Below are positions 18,924 through 28,580 of a DNA stretch of 64,000 nt, piece after piece. The DNA comes from an uncultured Bacteroidales bacterium (GTDB taxonomy: Bacteria > Bacteroidota > Bacteroidia > Bacteroidales > Muribaculaceae): NCBI GenBank assembly GCA_946412245.1, contig CAMKGM010000005.1:2447-66446 (forward strand). The letters run 5' to 3'. Each line of letters opens with the position of its first letter. The stretch's first letter is position 1. Both the position numbers and the translations under genes were made by a program. Under the pieces are notes generated by a model. That model had not been told where the DNA came from. It was given only the letters and a program-made list of their open reading frames with translations, and made no database searches.

Positions 18924-21900
18924 ATGGAATATTCTTATATCGCTAATTCAGGCATTCAACTCCTTTCGTTTCCCATTGAAATCGATTCACAAGACATCTT
19001 CAAGAAGTGGTTCCGTGAATGGTATGACAAGGAGCAGGGCATTTATCATCTTGATGTGCTTGAATGCATCGACGATGACGGACGCTCAATCTTCTATTCG
19101 CAGAAAGATTTGTATGACAACGGCTATATGGCTAAGGGTGTGAAGAAACTCGATGCCGCACAAATTGAGCGCGATGGTTTTATCAAGCCCATTGCTGTGG
19201 ACTATGGCACGGGAGAGTTGAGCGAGGAAATCTACAAGATGTCGTTCAGCGACACCTCAAACAAGTTGAGCAACCTCATCAACGTGTGGTTGCCTGTTCC
19301 GTATTTCAAACTTCGCACACCCGAGAATTTTGAGATGGGGCCTTTCAATTGGGTCCGCTGCAAGTTCATTCCGCGGGGCGAGGAAGAGGGAAAGATGAAG
19401 TTTGTGGTCATTCTTGCCATTGACACACGCGTTGACTATAATGCAGGTAAGTATGCCGAGTCGCCGGTTTTCTCCGACAAGTTCCAGGGCGAAATTGAGT
19501 TTGAGGTGTGCTCTAACGATATTCTGCTCACACAATATTGCTCGGCATCGAACGAGAAGTGCAACTACATTGACGACTATCTGCGACGCCTTGTGCATCC
19601 GGGAGTGCGCAGCGTGGGTGCCATTCGCAACGAGAAGCACCGCATGTCGTACGTCTCTTCTTACTTCTATCTCATGAGCTATGTGGCTCAAAAGAAGAAA
19701 TTCCCCAAACTCAAGCTGCTGCGCGACAATGATGTGGAATGCCGCAACGTTGACATGATTGTTGACATAGGCAATTCACGCACCACCGCATTGCTTGTCG
19801 AGGGACCGCGCCGTCAGGACTTCAAGTCTATTGACCGCTTGAAACTCCAAGACTATACCCGCCTGATTACCGATGGCGACAATCCGCGCTTGCTTCAATA
19901 CGAGGGAGCGTTTGATATGCGTGTGGCCTTCCGCAAAGTGGACTTTGGCGATTGTGGACAAGAGGAGACTCGGCAGTTTATCTATCCCAGTCTGTTGCGT
20001 TTGGGTGCCGAGGCCAATTATCTGATTCATGCCAGTGTTGAGACCGAATTGAGCAGTGACTCTCTCTCTACTTATTCCAGCCCAAAACGCTATTTGTGGG
20101 ACGGAAAAAAGAACAAGCAGGAGTGGGAATATGTGGTACTCAAAGACGAGCGCACGCAGCACATTCTGGAGTTGAAAGGTATCACCGACCATCTGCTTGA
20201 AGATGGGCGCGTAGATTTGGAGCATGGCGGCGGCACCCATTATTATTCGCGCCGCTCGCTCATGACCTTCTCCTTCCTCGAGATGCTTGCTCAGGCAAGG
20301 ACTCAAATCAATAGCCCGGAATATCGCGGCTACCACGGCAAGGTGAGCATGCCGCGCCGCATCAGGCGAATCATGATTACTTGTCCCACCACCATGTCAA
20401 AGACCGAGCGCTTTGCCCTGGTCAATTGCGCACGCGATGCCCAGAAACTCATGGCTGATTTCTATCACGAAACTGAGCCGGTGGAAATTGTGCCTCTCTA
20501 CAAGAACCGCAACGATGAGGAACCCGTGTGGTACTACGACGAGGCCACTTGCTCGCAATTGGTCTATATGTATGCCGAGGTGGGCTATAAGTACAAGGGT
20601 AATTGCGACGAGTTCTTCAAACTCTACGGCAAGGAGAAAAACGGCAAGCCATGCCTCACCGTGGGGTCGCTAGACATCGGTGCCGGCACCTCCGACCTCA
20701 TGATTTGCGACTATGCGTTCGATAAAAATCCGGTCACCACGCTCATCCCCGATCCGGTGTTCTACGACAGTTTCTATTACGCCGGCGACGATATGCTCCG
20801 TGCGCTCATTCAGGGCATCATCATTGAGGGTGAGAACTCAGCCATCAGAAAGAATCTGCCCGATATGCCGGCAGAACAGTTCCGCCAACTCATGAAGGAC
20901 TTCTTCGGCCACGATTATGCCGAGTTGTCGATGCACAATCGCATCATGCGGCGCGATTTTAACCTGCAGGTATCGGTGCCGCTCATGTACTACTTCCTGC
21001 AGTTGCTCAGCGACGGCAGTGCCGATTGCACTGTGCATTACAAGGATGTGTGGGAGGGTAACGAACCCAGCGAGATGGTGCTGCGGCGCTTTGAAGAACA
21101 CTTTGGGCTCGACCTGCGCAAGATGGAGTGGAACTATGTCGCCGACGAGGTGGCGCAAATCGTGACCAACTCGTTCGACGGGCTACTCAAGAAAGTGGCT
21201 GCCATCATGTTTACTTATCATTGCGACATCGTGATTCTGTCGGGCAGACCCACCGCGCTCAAACCCATTCGCGACATCTTCCTGAAATACTACACCGTGG
21301 CTCCTGACCGACTCATTTCGCTTAACGACTACTATGCCGGCGACTGGTATCCAAGCCGCAATACCGGCTACATTCGCGACACCAAGACTGTGGTGGTGCT
21401 GGGTGCAGCCATTGCCTACTATGCCACCGACGGCTCCATGTTCGAGAACTTCGTGCTCGACACTTCGCTCATGGCAAGCAAACTCAAGTCGGTGGTCAAC
21501 TATGTGGAGACTCCACCGCTGAACAAGGAAAAATATGTGGTGCAACCTAACAAGAACAATGGCGAAATCGTTGTTAAGGCACTCCCCACTTATCTCAATG
21601 TGAAGCAGGTTGACATTGATGCCTATCCTGCGCGTCAACTCTATGCCATCGACTTCAACTACGATTTGATGATGGACTCCATCAGGCGACGCATGGAAGA
21701 CGATGGACTCGATGTGATTGACGCCGCCGTGGTCGCCAAACTCAACGAGGATTGCGACCGTCTGCGTCACCGAATGCCCTTCAGAGTGACGATTGAGCGG
21801 GATCCCAATGACCGTGAGAACCTTGAAATCTCGTCAATTACCGATGTGGACGGCAATGACATTCCGCCTCGCGATATCGAAATCACGATTCAGAGTCTGG

Positions 21901-21947
21901 GAACAGGCGATTGCTATTGGCTCGATTCAGGCGAATTTAACTTCTAA
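18924..21947 (+). CDS. srfB: SrfB-family protein (actin/Hsp70-like ATPase fold)
   Basis: 1007 aa; phosphate-1 motif DMIVDIGNSRTTALL; phosphate-2 motif SLDIGAGTSD; adenosine-region ILSGRPTAL; size, motifs and adjacency to an SrfC-like gene fit the SrfB family as I recall it. Confidence 0.8.
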   Translation: MEYSYIANSGIQLLSFPIEIDSQDIFKKWFREWYDKEQGIYHLDVLECIDDDGRSIFYSQKDLYDNGYMAKGVKKLDAAQIERDGFIKPIAVDYGTGELSEEIYKMSFSDTSNKLSNLINVWLPVPYFKLRTPENFEMGPFNWVRCKFIPRGEEEGKMKFVVILAIDTRVDYNAGKYAESPVFSDKFQGEIEFEVCSNDILLTQYCSASNEKCNYIDDYLRRLVHPGVRSVGAIRNEKHRMSYVSSYFYLMSYVAQKKKFPKLKLLRDNDVECRNVDMIVDIGNSRTTALLVEGPRRQDFKSIDRLKLQDYTRLITDGDNPRLLQYEGAFDMRVAFRKVDFGDCGQEETRQFIYPSLLRLGAEANYLIHASVETELSSDSLSTYSSPKRYLWDGKKNKQEWEYVVLKDERTQHILELKGITDHLLEDGRVDLEHGGGTHYYSRRSLMTFSFLEMLAQARTQINSPEYRGYHGKVSMPRRIRRIMITCPTTMSKTERFALVNCARDAQKLMADFYHETEPVEIVPLYKNRNDEEPVWYYDEATCSQLVYMYAEVGYKYKGNCDEFFKLYGKEKNGKPCLTVGSLDIGAGTSDLMICDYAFDKNPVTTLIPDPVFYDSFYYAGDDMLRALIQGIIIEGENSAIRKNLPDMPAEQFRQLMKDFFGHDYAELSMHNRIMRRDFNLQVSVPLMYYFLQLLSDGSADCTVHYKDVWEGNEPSEMVLRRFEEHFGLDLRKMEWNYVADEVAQIVTNSFDGLLKKVAAIMFTYHCDIVILSGRPTALKPIRDIFLKYYTVAPDRLISLNDYYAGDWYPSRNTGYIRDTKTVVVLGAAIAYYATDGSMFENFVLDTSLMASKLKSVVNYVETPPLNKEKYVVQPNKNNGEIVVKALPTYLNVKQVDIDAYPARQLYAIDFNYDLMMDSIRRRMEDDGLDVIDAAVVAKLNEDCDRLRHRMPFRVTIERDPNDRENLEISSITDVDGNDIPPRDIEITIQSLGTGDCYWLDSGEFNF

Positions 21948-21964
21948 TTCCTTAAATAGCGACG

Positions 21965-24805
21965 ATGATGGAAAAAGATATAACAATCAAGAATATTGAA
22001 CAGCAAATCGCTGTTATCAACGACTCGATAGCTTGGGCCGAGAAATTTTATCCTTCGGCTACCTATATTGACGACTTCAAGGTGAAGCGCCGTCAACTCA
22101 AGAAAATCCATTTTGCACTTGAGGAGAATTGCTCGGCGGCTGCCTACGGCGAGAGCCAAGTGGGCAAGTCCTACCTGATGAGCAGTCTGCTCTCGACCAA
22201 CAAGGACCAGTTGCGCATCTCTGACGGTAGGGGAGGAGTCTACAGCTTTATCGATGACATGAACCCCAGCGGTGGCAATACCAGCAAGGAGGAGTCAACA
22301 GGTGTCATTACTCGCTTTACCGCCCACTGCGATAACGAGAAGATGAAAAACTATGTCAAGATTCGCACCTTGTCAATTGTCGATATCATCCTATTCCTGT
22401 CCGACTCCTATTACAAGGATGTCAAAATCAATGCCACGACGGTGATTGATAAGAACGACCTGAACGATGCTGTGGCACAGGTGCTTGACACTTGCAAGAG
22501 CAGCACGCCACAGTATTATATCACTGAAGATGACATCTATGATATTCAGGACTACTTCGACAAACTCATTGGCAACAATGCCGTGAATGTGATTAAGTCC
22601 GACTTCAGCAAGAAGGTGGCCCCGGCTATCAAGTATGTGCCGGTGCAGAATTGGGCGCATGTTTTCGCCTTGTTGTGGAACAAGAACGAGCAAATCACCA
22701 AGCTCTTCAACGACATAATCAAGGAATTTGAGAAATTGCGATTTGAGCCGGTCATCTATGTCCCCTTCGATGCGGTATTGCGTGCCAAGGGTACCATCCT
22801 GAGCGTGAGTTGGCTCGACAGCGTGTGCGATGCCCGACGTCTCCCTTCTGAAAATGTGGAAACCACCTCAAAAGTGCTTGACAAGGACGGCAACATCCTT
22901 GACGAGAACTTCAACAAGGCCTACCTCTCGGCACTCACAGCCGAACTCACCTTTGTGTTGCCCGAGGGTGTCGACAACGATAAACCCTTCCTCAAGAAAC
23001 TCGATTTGCTCGATTTTCCCGGAGCACGCCGTCGTGAGAGCATCCACGAAGAGAATGTGGGCAAGGAGTTGAGCAACATGCTGCGTCGTGGCAAGGTGGC
23101 TTACCTGTTTAACAAGTATTCGCGTTCATTGCGCATCAATGTGGTGCTCTTCTGCCAGCACCAGGACATGACCGGTCAGAGCGAAATTGGCGAGTCGCTC
23201 AACGACTGGATTCTGGAGAATGTGGGCCAAACACCTCAATTGCGCGGGCAGTATATCAAGTCGACCAACGGCATCTCGCCCTTCTTCATTGTCGCCACCA
23301 AGTTCAATACCGACCTCAAGTGGACCAATGAAATTCCCGGCAGGTCAACCCTGAGCGACCGCTGGAAAACTCGTTTCCTCAAGACGCTTAGCGACGAGGT
23401 GATTAAACCCAAAACTTACAGTTGGTTCAACAAGTGGGTAGACGTGGGTTCCGGTTTCAATTCAGAGTTCTTCCAGAGCATCTACATGCTTCGCGACTTC
23501 TTCTGGTCGCGTGACCAGCAAATTTTTGCCGGTTACAAGGAAGGCGTGAGCGACGAGTTAAGCGAAATTTTGCCCGACGACTATCCCGATTACCGCAAGG
23601 ACCTCAAGCAGTCGTTCATCGACTTCCCCTTTGTCAAGGAACATTTTGCTGACCCGGAGCAGTCGTGGAACGATGCCGCAACCCTCAATAACGATGGCTC
23701 GAAGGCCATTATCGAAGATCTCAACTCCATCTCCGATACGCTCGATCAGGCGCGCTTCAATAAGTATTTTGCCGAGTTGCAGACGATTAAGTCAAGCGTC
23801 ATGGGCAAGTTGGCATCATACTATATCCCGGAGGACCAGGTGAACAAGAAGAACTATGCCAAGCGTGTGGCGGGCGAGGTGCGTTTGAGCCTCGACTTCC
23901 TCTTTGGCAAGGATGCCTCGGCGCTGGGCATGATTATCAACGAGTTCATGGTGCATCCCATTGAGATTCGCAAGATTGTCTACGACATCGTGGAGTTGCA
24001 TCGCTATATGCCCGTGGATATGTCGGCCATCAACATGATCAGGTTCAATGCCGGCATTATGCCCACTGAAACGGCTGAAGAGGCCTTGACGAAGTTGATT
24101 GACTATTACGGTCTTGACCGGCAGTCTCTTGCCGACAACTTTGAGGCGCAAGGCATCGCCCTTGACGACATCATTGAGGGCAACGAGAACATTCCCACCA
24201 CGTGGGCCGATGTCATCGTGCTCCACATCTCGCAACTGTGGTTCTCGCGCCTGAACGAGGCGGTGGCGCATCTCGAGGGTAAGGTGAATCATGCCGACCG
24301 CATCGCCGTCATGTTGCAAGTGCTCTACAGCGACTTGGGACTCAAGTCAATGCTCACCGACAAGGTGGCAAACTACCTGAGTGCGTTCGAAACCTCGCTC
24401 CAGCCCAACGTCATCGGTGACTGCGCTGCTGTCATGCTCAACAACTTTGTGGCTACCGTGGGACATGATTACATGACCGCCGAGCATCGTGCCAAGGCGC
24501 TTGAGAATGCCCGCGAACTGAGCATCAGGGTCGATGTCAACGAGGTGCCCGCAGGCGACGTGGATATGACGCTCGGTGAGGCTATGAATGCCTTCGACAA
24601 GTCTTCTGAAATCATGCAAGGCCGTGGCTATGCTATGCAAGATATGGCTATTCTGCGCCGACTCCCCTGGTGGGACAACTTCATGCGTTGGAAGAATCAG
24701 GTGATGGTGGGGCTCATGCTCATCAGCGAGGTTCCTTCCTACGACAAGGAGGCCAACAATCGCCTCAAATCTATCATCGACAATTGTGACACATTATATA
24801 ATTAA
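21965..24805 (+). CDS. srfC: SrfC-family (putative virulence factor) dynamin-like GTPase
   Basis: 946 aa; G1 YGESQVGKSYL, G2 ESTGVITRF, G3 LLDFPGAR, G4-like ATKFNTD; long helical C-terminal half. Confidence 0.8.
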   Translation: MMEKDITIKNIEQQIAVINDSIAWAEKFYPSATYIDDFKVKRRQLKKIHFALEENCSAAAYGESQVGKSYLMSSLLSTNKDQLRISDGRGGVYSFIDDMNPSGGNTSKEESTGVITRFTAHCDNEKMKNYVKIRTLSIVDIILFLSDSYYKDVKINATTVIDKNDLNDAVAQVLDTCKSSTPQYYITEDDIYDIQDYFDKLIGNNAVNVIKSDFSKKVAPAIKYVPVQNWAHVFALLWNKNEQITKLFNDIIKEFEKLRFEPVIYVPFDAVLRAKGTILSVSWLDSVCDARRLPSENVETTSKVLDKDGNILDENFNKAYLSALTAELTFVLPEGVDNDKPFLKKLDLLDFPGARRRESIHEENVGKELSNMLRRGKVAYLFNKYSRSLRINVVLFCQHQDMTGQSEIGESLNDWILENVGQTPQLRGQYIKSTNGISPFFIVATKFNTDLKWTNEIPGRSTLSDRWKTRFLKTLSDEVIKPKTYSWFNKWVDVGSGFNSEFFQSIYMLRDFFWSRDQQIFAGYKEGVSDELSEILPDDYPDYRKDLKQSFIDFPFVKEHFADPEQSWNDAATLNNDGSKAIIEDLNSISDTLDQARFNKYFAELQTIKSSVMGKLASYYIPEDQVNKKNYAKRVAGEVRLSLDFLFGKDASALGMIINEFMVHPIEIRKIVYDIVELHRYMPVDMSAINMIRFNAGIMPTETAEEALTKLIDYYGLDRQSLADNFEAQGIALDDIIEGNENIPTTWADVIVLHISQLWFSRLNEAVAHLEGKVNHADRIAVMLQVLYSDLGLKSMLTDKVANYLSAFETSLQPNVIGDCAAVMLNNFVATVGHDYMTAEHRAKALENARELSIRVDVNEVPAGDVDMTLGEAMNAFDKSSEIMQGRGYAMQDMAILRRLPWWDNFMRWKNQVMVGLMLISEVPSYDKEANNRLKSIIDNCDTLYN

Positions 24806-24810
24806 TCATT

Positions 24811-27450
24811 ATGAAACCCTTTGACAAGAAACTGCTGTGCACAACCGACCGCTCAGCGTTCACCGATATTCAAGGCATCGGCAACGACCCGCTCTATATG
24901 CGATATGAAACGGTCTCTGCCATCATTGACCGCGAGATAGACCCGCAGTATCGTTCGTTCATCGCCATGCCCATTTATCAGGTCGACGATGATATCATTG
25001 AGTGGTACACCCCTGAATGGAACGAACGGCCTGTGAGGTTCAATGACTTGCCTGCCAACGAACAAATCAAGTATAATGCCATCAAGGAGCAGACCCTGGC
25101 GCACTACCGGAGCCACGTCATGGCCATGCGAGGTGTAGACAGGAGCATTCTCAAGAGCGTCATCAAATATGTCGACGACGAGTTCATCTTTTGTTTCGAC
25201 GACAAGGTGGTGCTCGTGGCATGGGGCATGACACCTGACCCCGAACTCTATAGCCCCACAGGAGGCATCTCGGTTCATGTGGGCAAAGAGGCCAATTACT
25301 ATAAGGTGCAGTTCATTTGCAATCCCGCGATGGCTACGTTCAGAGTGCCCAAGGAAAGTACGCTCATGCGGCGTGAGAACAGTGTAATCTCTACTGTAGA
25401 CTTACCGGAACTGGTATTGAACGAGAATGTACAGTTCCTGGGTTGGGATCCGCATCCGCAGGGCACTAAGGTGGACCGTGACCTGACTTTTGTGGCGCAG
25501 TTCAACAATATTCCCGAACCGCCCAAGACACCCGAACCGCCCGTCATTCCGCCCATACCTGAGGAGCAGGACAACAACTGCACCGTCTTCTTCGATGCCG
25601 GTGAACAGGGTGTTCTGTCGGGTAATAACTATGTTACCAAGCAGCGTGGCACCGTGCTGTTGCCAAATGAGATTCCTCTCATCACGCCCAACGAGGGCTT
25701 TGAGTTTACAGGTTGGAGCGTCAATCCCGCTAATTTGCTCGTAGACCGTGATATGACCATACGGGCGCAATATCAGCAGCGAAAGAAAGGTTTCAACTGG
25801 CTGTGGGCTTTGCTCGCCGTGTTGCTGGGCATTCTGGTGGCACTACTCATCTTGCTCTGCATCAAGGGTTGTAATACCTATCACAATTCGGTGGTGGCTC
25901 CGGGTAATGTCTATGGCGACTCGATTTATGCCGGAGGCCCCGGTCGCCCCATTGAGCGCATCGATGGCCCCAACGGCCCTATTGACGACAACCGTCCCGG
26001 CCCGGGCTACGGAACAGGCCCGGTCGACATCATTGGCGATGACGGCTCGTTGCCCGACTTCCCCGTAGCACCTCCCAACCTGGGCGATGGCGGCGAGAAC
26101 CTGCCCATCATTACCACCCCCGACGGACGGCAAATCATTGGCAACCGCGTGAACGTTTTTTTCGAGGATGCCAGGGCCGATCTTGACAAGTTTGTACGCG
26201 AGTTCAAGCGTCTCTATCCCGATTCTTCGCAATACAAGATTATCGGTGTAGACAAGAACGTACCCTGGCTACAAGTACAGGTTCCCGTGAATGAGGTCGA
26301 GAAGATGTGTCAGGAAATCCCTGCAAAGATTCCCGACCCTGCGTCAATAGCCTTTGACGAGGCCGTGATGATGCGCTATGACAACAACTTGGGCCGTGGC
26401 GAGTTTAATGCCCTGCAGCGTCGCACTCAGATGATTCGCGGCAAGGAAGGCTGGCACATTGGCGCCATTAACCTCAAGACGGCCTGGATGATTACAAAGG
26501 GCTCTCCCTCAGTCACCGTGGCTGTGGTCGACGATGGACTCGACCTTCGTCATGAGATGTTCACCGGCCGCATCGTCGGTGCCTATAATGTGTTTCGCCG
26601 CGACGACCGTCTCGCTACGGGCGAGGGACACGGAACCCATGTTGCCGGACTGGCGGTGGGCAGCGATGCCAAGGTGTCGCAAGGCGTGACGGGCGTGGCT
26701 CCCAAGTGCAAACTCATGCCCGTTCAGGTATTTGATAACGGCATGTGCACCATGTCGTCGCTGGTGGCCGGAATCATGTATTCCATCCACAAGGGCGCGA
26801 GTGTGGTCAATGTGTCGGTAGGCCCCAGTATGGCACAGCTTCAGGGTCAGCCCGTGAGCCAACTCGAGGAGATTGCGCGAGGCGTGTTCAAGCCTGCCGA
26901 GAAGGTGTGGAATCGTATCTATGAGGTTGCGAAACAGCACAAGTGCATCATCGTCTTTGCCTCAGGCAACGAGTCACTGCTCGCTTCCACCTATCCGCAA
27001 TTGCGCTCCACCGGCACCATCAACGTGGCGGCCATCAACCCTAACAATAAACTGGCGTTCTTCTCTAACTACGGCAGCCGTGGCTTCATGGTGGGCGCGG
27101 CCGTTTCAGCGCCGGGCGAGGACATCATCAGCGCTTTCCCCGCACCCAAGAATTATGAAGTGGCCGACGGAACTAGCATGGCGGCACCCATCGTTACCGG
27201 TACCATCGCGCTCATGAAGTCAATCAAACCTGACCTTACCACCGCGCAGGCGCTCTCGGTTTTGCGCTCCACCGGCAAGCAACTGGTCACCAATGCAGGA
27301 CCTATGATTCAGGCCGACAAGGCTGTCATGACCGTGAAGCGGGGCAATGTACCCGCTGACCGCTCTTCGAATACAACCACACGGCCCACTCAACCCTCAC
27401 GAGGCACCACCACCGCACCGCGACAAAGCACCGGCCGACGTGCCGCTTGA
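24811..27450 (+). CDS. SrfA-like N-terminal domain + two InlB-B/Flg_new-like repeats + TM helix + S8 (subtilisin) serine protease
   Basis: S8 triad intact: VAVVDDG, GHGTHVAG, GTSMAAPIVTG, plus oxyanion SGNE; TM LWALLAVLLGILVALLILLC; repeats ending FLGWD...FVAQF and FTGWS...IRAQY. N-terminal IAMP...IIEWYTP and IFCFDDKVVLVAWG resemble SrfA as I recall it. Confidence 0.85.
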   Translation: MKPFDKKLLCTTDRSAFTDIQGIGNDPLYMRYETVSAIIDREIDPQYRSFIAMPIYQVDDDIIEWYTPEWNERPVRFNDLPANEQIKYNAIKEQTLAHYRSHVMAMRGVDRSILKSVIKYVDDEFIFCFDDKVVLVAWGMTPDPELYSPTGGISVHVGKEANYYKVQFICNPAMATFRVPKESTLMRRENSVISTVDLPELVLNENVQFLGWDPHPQGTKVDRDLTFVAQFNNIPEPPKTPEPPVIPPIPEEQDNNCTVFFDAGEQGVLSGNNYVTKQRGTVLLPNEIPLITPNEGFEFTGWSVNPANLLVDRDMTIRAQYQQRKKGFNWLWALLAVLLGILVALLILLCIKGCNTYHNSVVAPGNVYGDSIYAGGPGRPIERIDGPNGPIDDNRPGPGYGTGPVDIIGDDGSLPDFPVAPPNLGDGGENLPIITTPDGRQIIGNRVNVFFEDARADLDKFVREFKRLYPDSSQYKIIGVDKNVPWLQVQVPVNEVEKMCQEIPAKIPDPASIAFDEAVMMRYDNNLGRGEFNALQRRTQMIRGKEGWHIGAINLKTAWMITKGSPSVTVAVVDDGLDLRHEMFTGRIVGAYNVFRRDDRLATGEGHGTHVAGLAVGSDAKVSQGVTGVAPKCKLMPVQVFDNGMCTMSSLVAGIMYSIHKGASVVNVSVGPSMAQLQGQPVSQLEEIARGVFKPAEKVWNRIYEVAKQHKCIIVFASGNESLLASTYPQLRSTGTINVAAINPNNKLAFFSNYGSRGFMVGAAVSAPGEDIISAFPAPKNYEVADGTSMAAPIVTGTIALMKSIKPDLTTAQALSVLRSTGKQLVTNAGPMIQADKAVMTVKRGNVPADRSSNTTTRPTQPSRGTTTAPRQSTGRRAA

Positions 27451-27490
27451 CATCAACTGACTGATACACGATTAATCGCATCTCAATACA

Positions 27491-28555
27491 ATGAATGAAT
27501 TCCTAAAATTCTCTTGGAGCCACATCTTTACCTTTCTGGCGGTAATCCTTTTGGGGTATTTCTCCTTCTTGGGAGCCTCGTACTGGACCGACGGAAACTT
27601 TATGGTGGCGGGCATCATCACTGCCGTTATTGTGCTGCTGCTCATTTTCTGGTTTGTGACCGCTCAGATGCTCAAGGGCACCTCGGGCCGGGTCATGAAA
27701 CTCAAGAAATCCATCGTCTTTGAGCGGGCTCTCATCTTCACCTGTCCGGTGGTTTTCATCCTCTCGCTCGGGCCGCTGTTCCACTTCTGGAACGTGCATA
27801 GCCACAACGACGAGATTGTCAGCACCTTCAAGCAGGGCATCAACGCGTCAACGGGCATCTTTACCCACTACGAGCAGTATGCCGAGCAGCGCACGCAGCG
27901 TTTCGCCTCAATCTTGGCGCAGGGCAAGACGGCTTCCGCTTCTTCTCTTTATGGCGGCCTTTCGTCTAAGGATGAGCAGGAGCAGATGATGAAGCAGGCG
28001 CTAACCGACAAATTGACGGGAACCAAATACCAAGAACTGCGGCAAGAGGCCAACCGATGGATTCAGGAAGCCAATCAGGAACCGAGCATCTGGAACGTCT
28101 TCTTGCTTGGCAACATTGACGAGATTAAGAAGTCATTGGAGAAGTGGCGCAATCAGCTCGTGGAGCTCTCCACACCCGTGCTCAAAGCCGAGCAGGGCAG
28201 TGGTAGCGATGTGAAACTGTATGACGACGACAAGGGCATCATCAACGGTGCCGTGGGCATCCTGAACCGTCTGGAATCGTACTATGCCAAGATGGAAGCA
28301 CCCAAGCCCGCCGCCATAGGGCTGGCATTGCTCATCTTCTTCTTGTTGCTCTTCCCTTATCTGCTCCAAGCTCGTCACAGCAAGAGCACTTATCGCCTGC
28401 TGGGCAAGCGCAAGTCAATGCCGGGCATGAGCATGGACACCGTTCAGCCAAGCGATGTCGTTTCTGCCAATGACACACCGAACCAAGAAACGACCTCGCA
28501 ACAATCCGGTTCGTCAACCGACACGACCGACGATTTCGGAATGTTTTCTATTTAG
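27491..28555 (+). CDS. Multi-TM membrane protein with a central helical domain, function unknown
   Basis: 354 aa; three N-terminal hydrophobic segments, a helical/coiled middle and a C-terminal TM (AIGLALLIFFLLLFPYLL); co-directional in the operon. Confidence 0.75.
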   Translation: MNEFLKFSWSHIFTFLAVILLGYFSFLGASYWTDGNFMVAGIITAVIVLLLIFWFVTAQMLKGTSGRVMKLKKSIVFERALIFTCPVVFILSLGPLFHFWNVHSHNDEIVSTFKQGINASTGIFTHYEQYAEQRTQRFASILAQGKTASASSLYGGLSSKDEQEQMMKQALTDKLTGTKYQELRQEANRWIQEANQEPSIWNVFLLGNIDEIKKSLEKWRNQLVELSTPVLKAEQGSGSDVKLYDDDKGIINGAVGILNRLESYYAKMEAPKPAAIGLALLIFFLLLFPYLLQARHSKSTYRLLGKRKSMPGMSMDTVQPSDVVSANDTPNQETTSQQSGSSTDTTDDFGMFSI

Positions 28556-28580
28556 TATTTAATATAAACTCAACATAACA

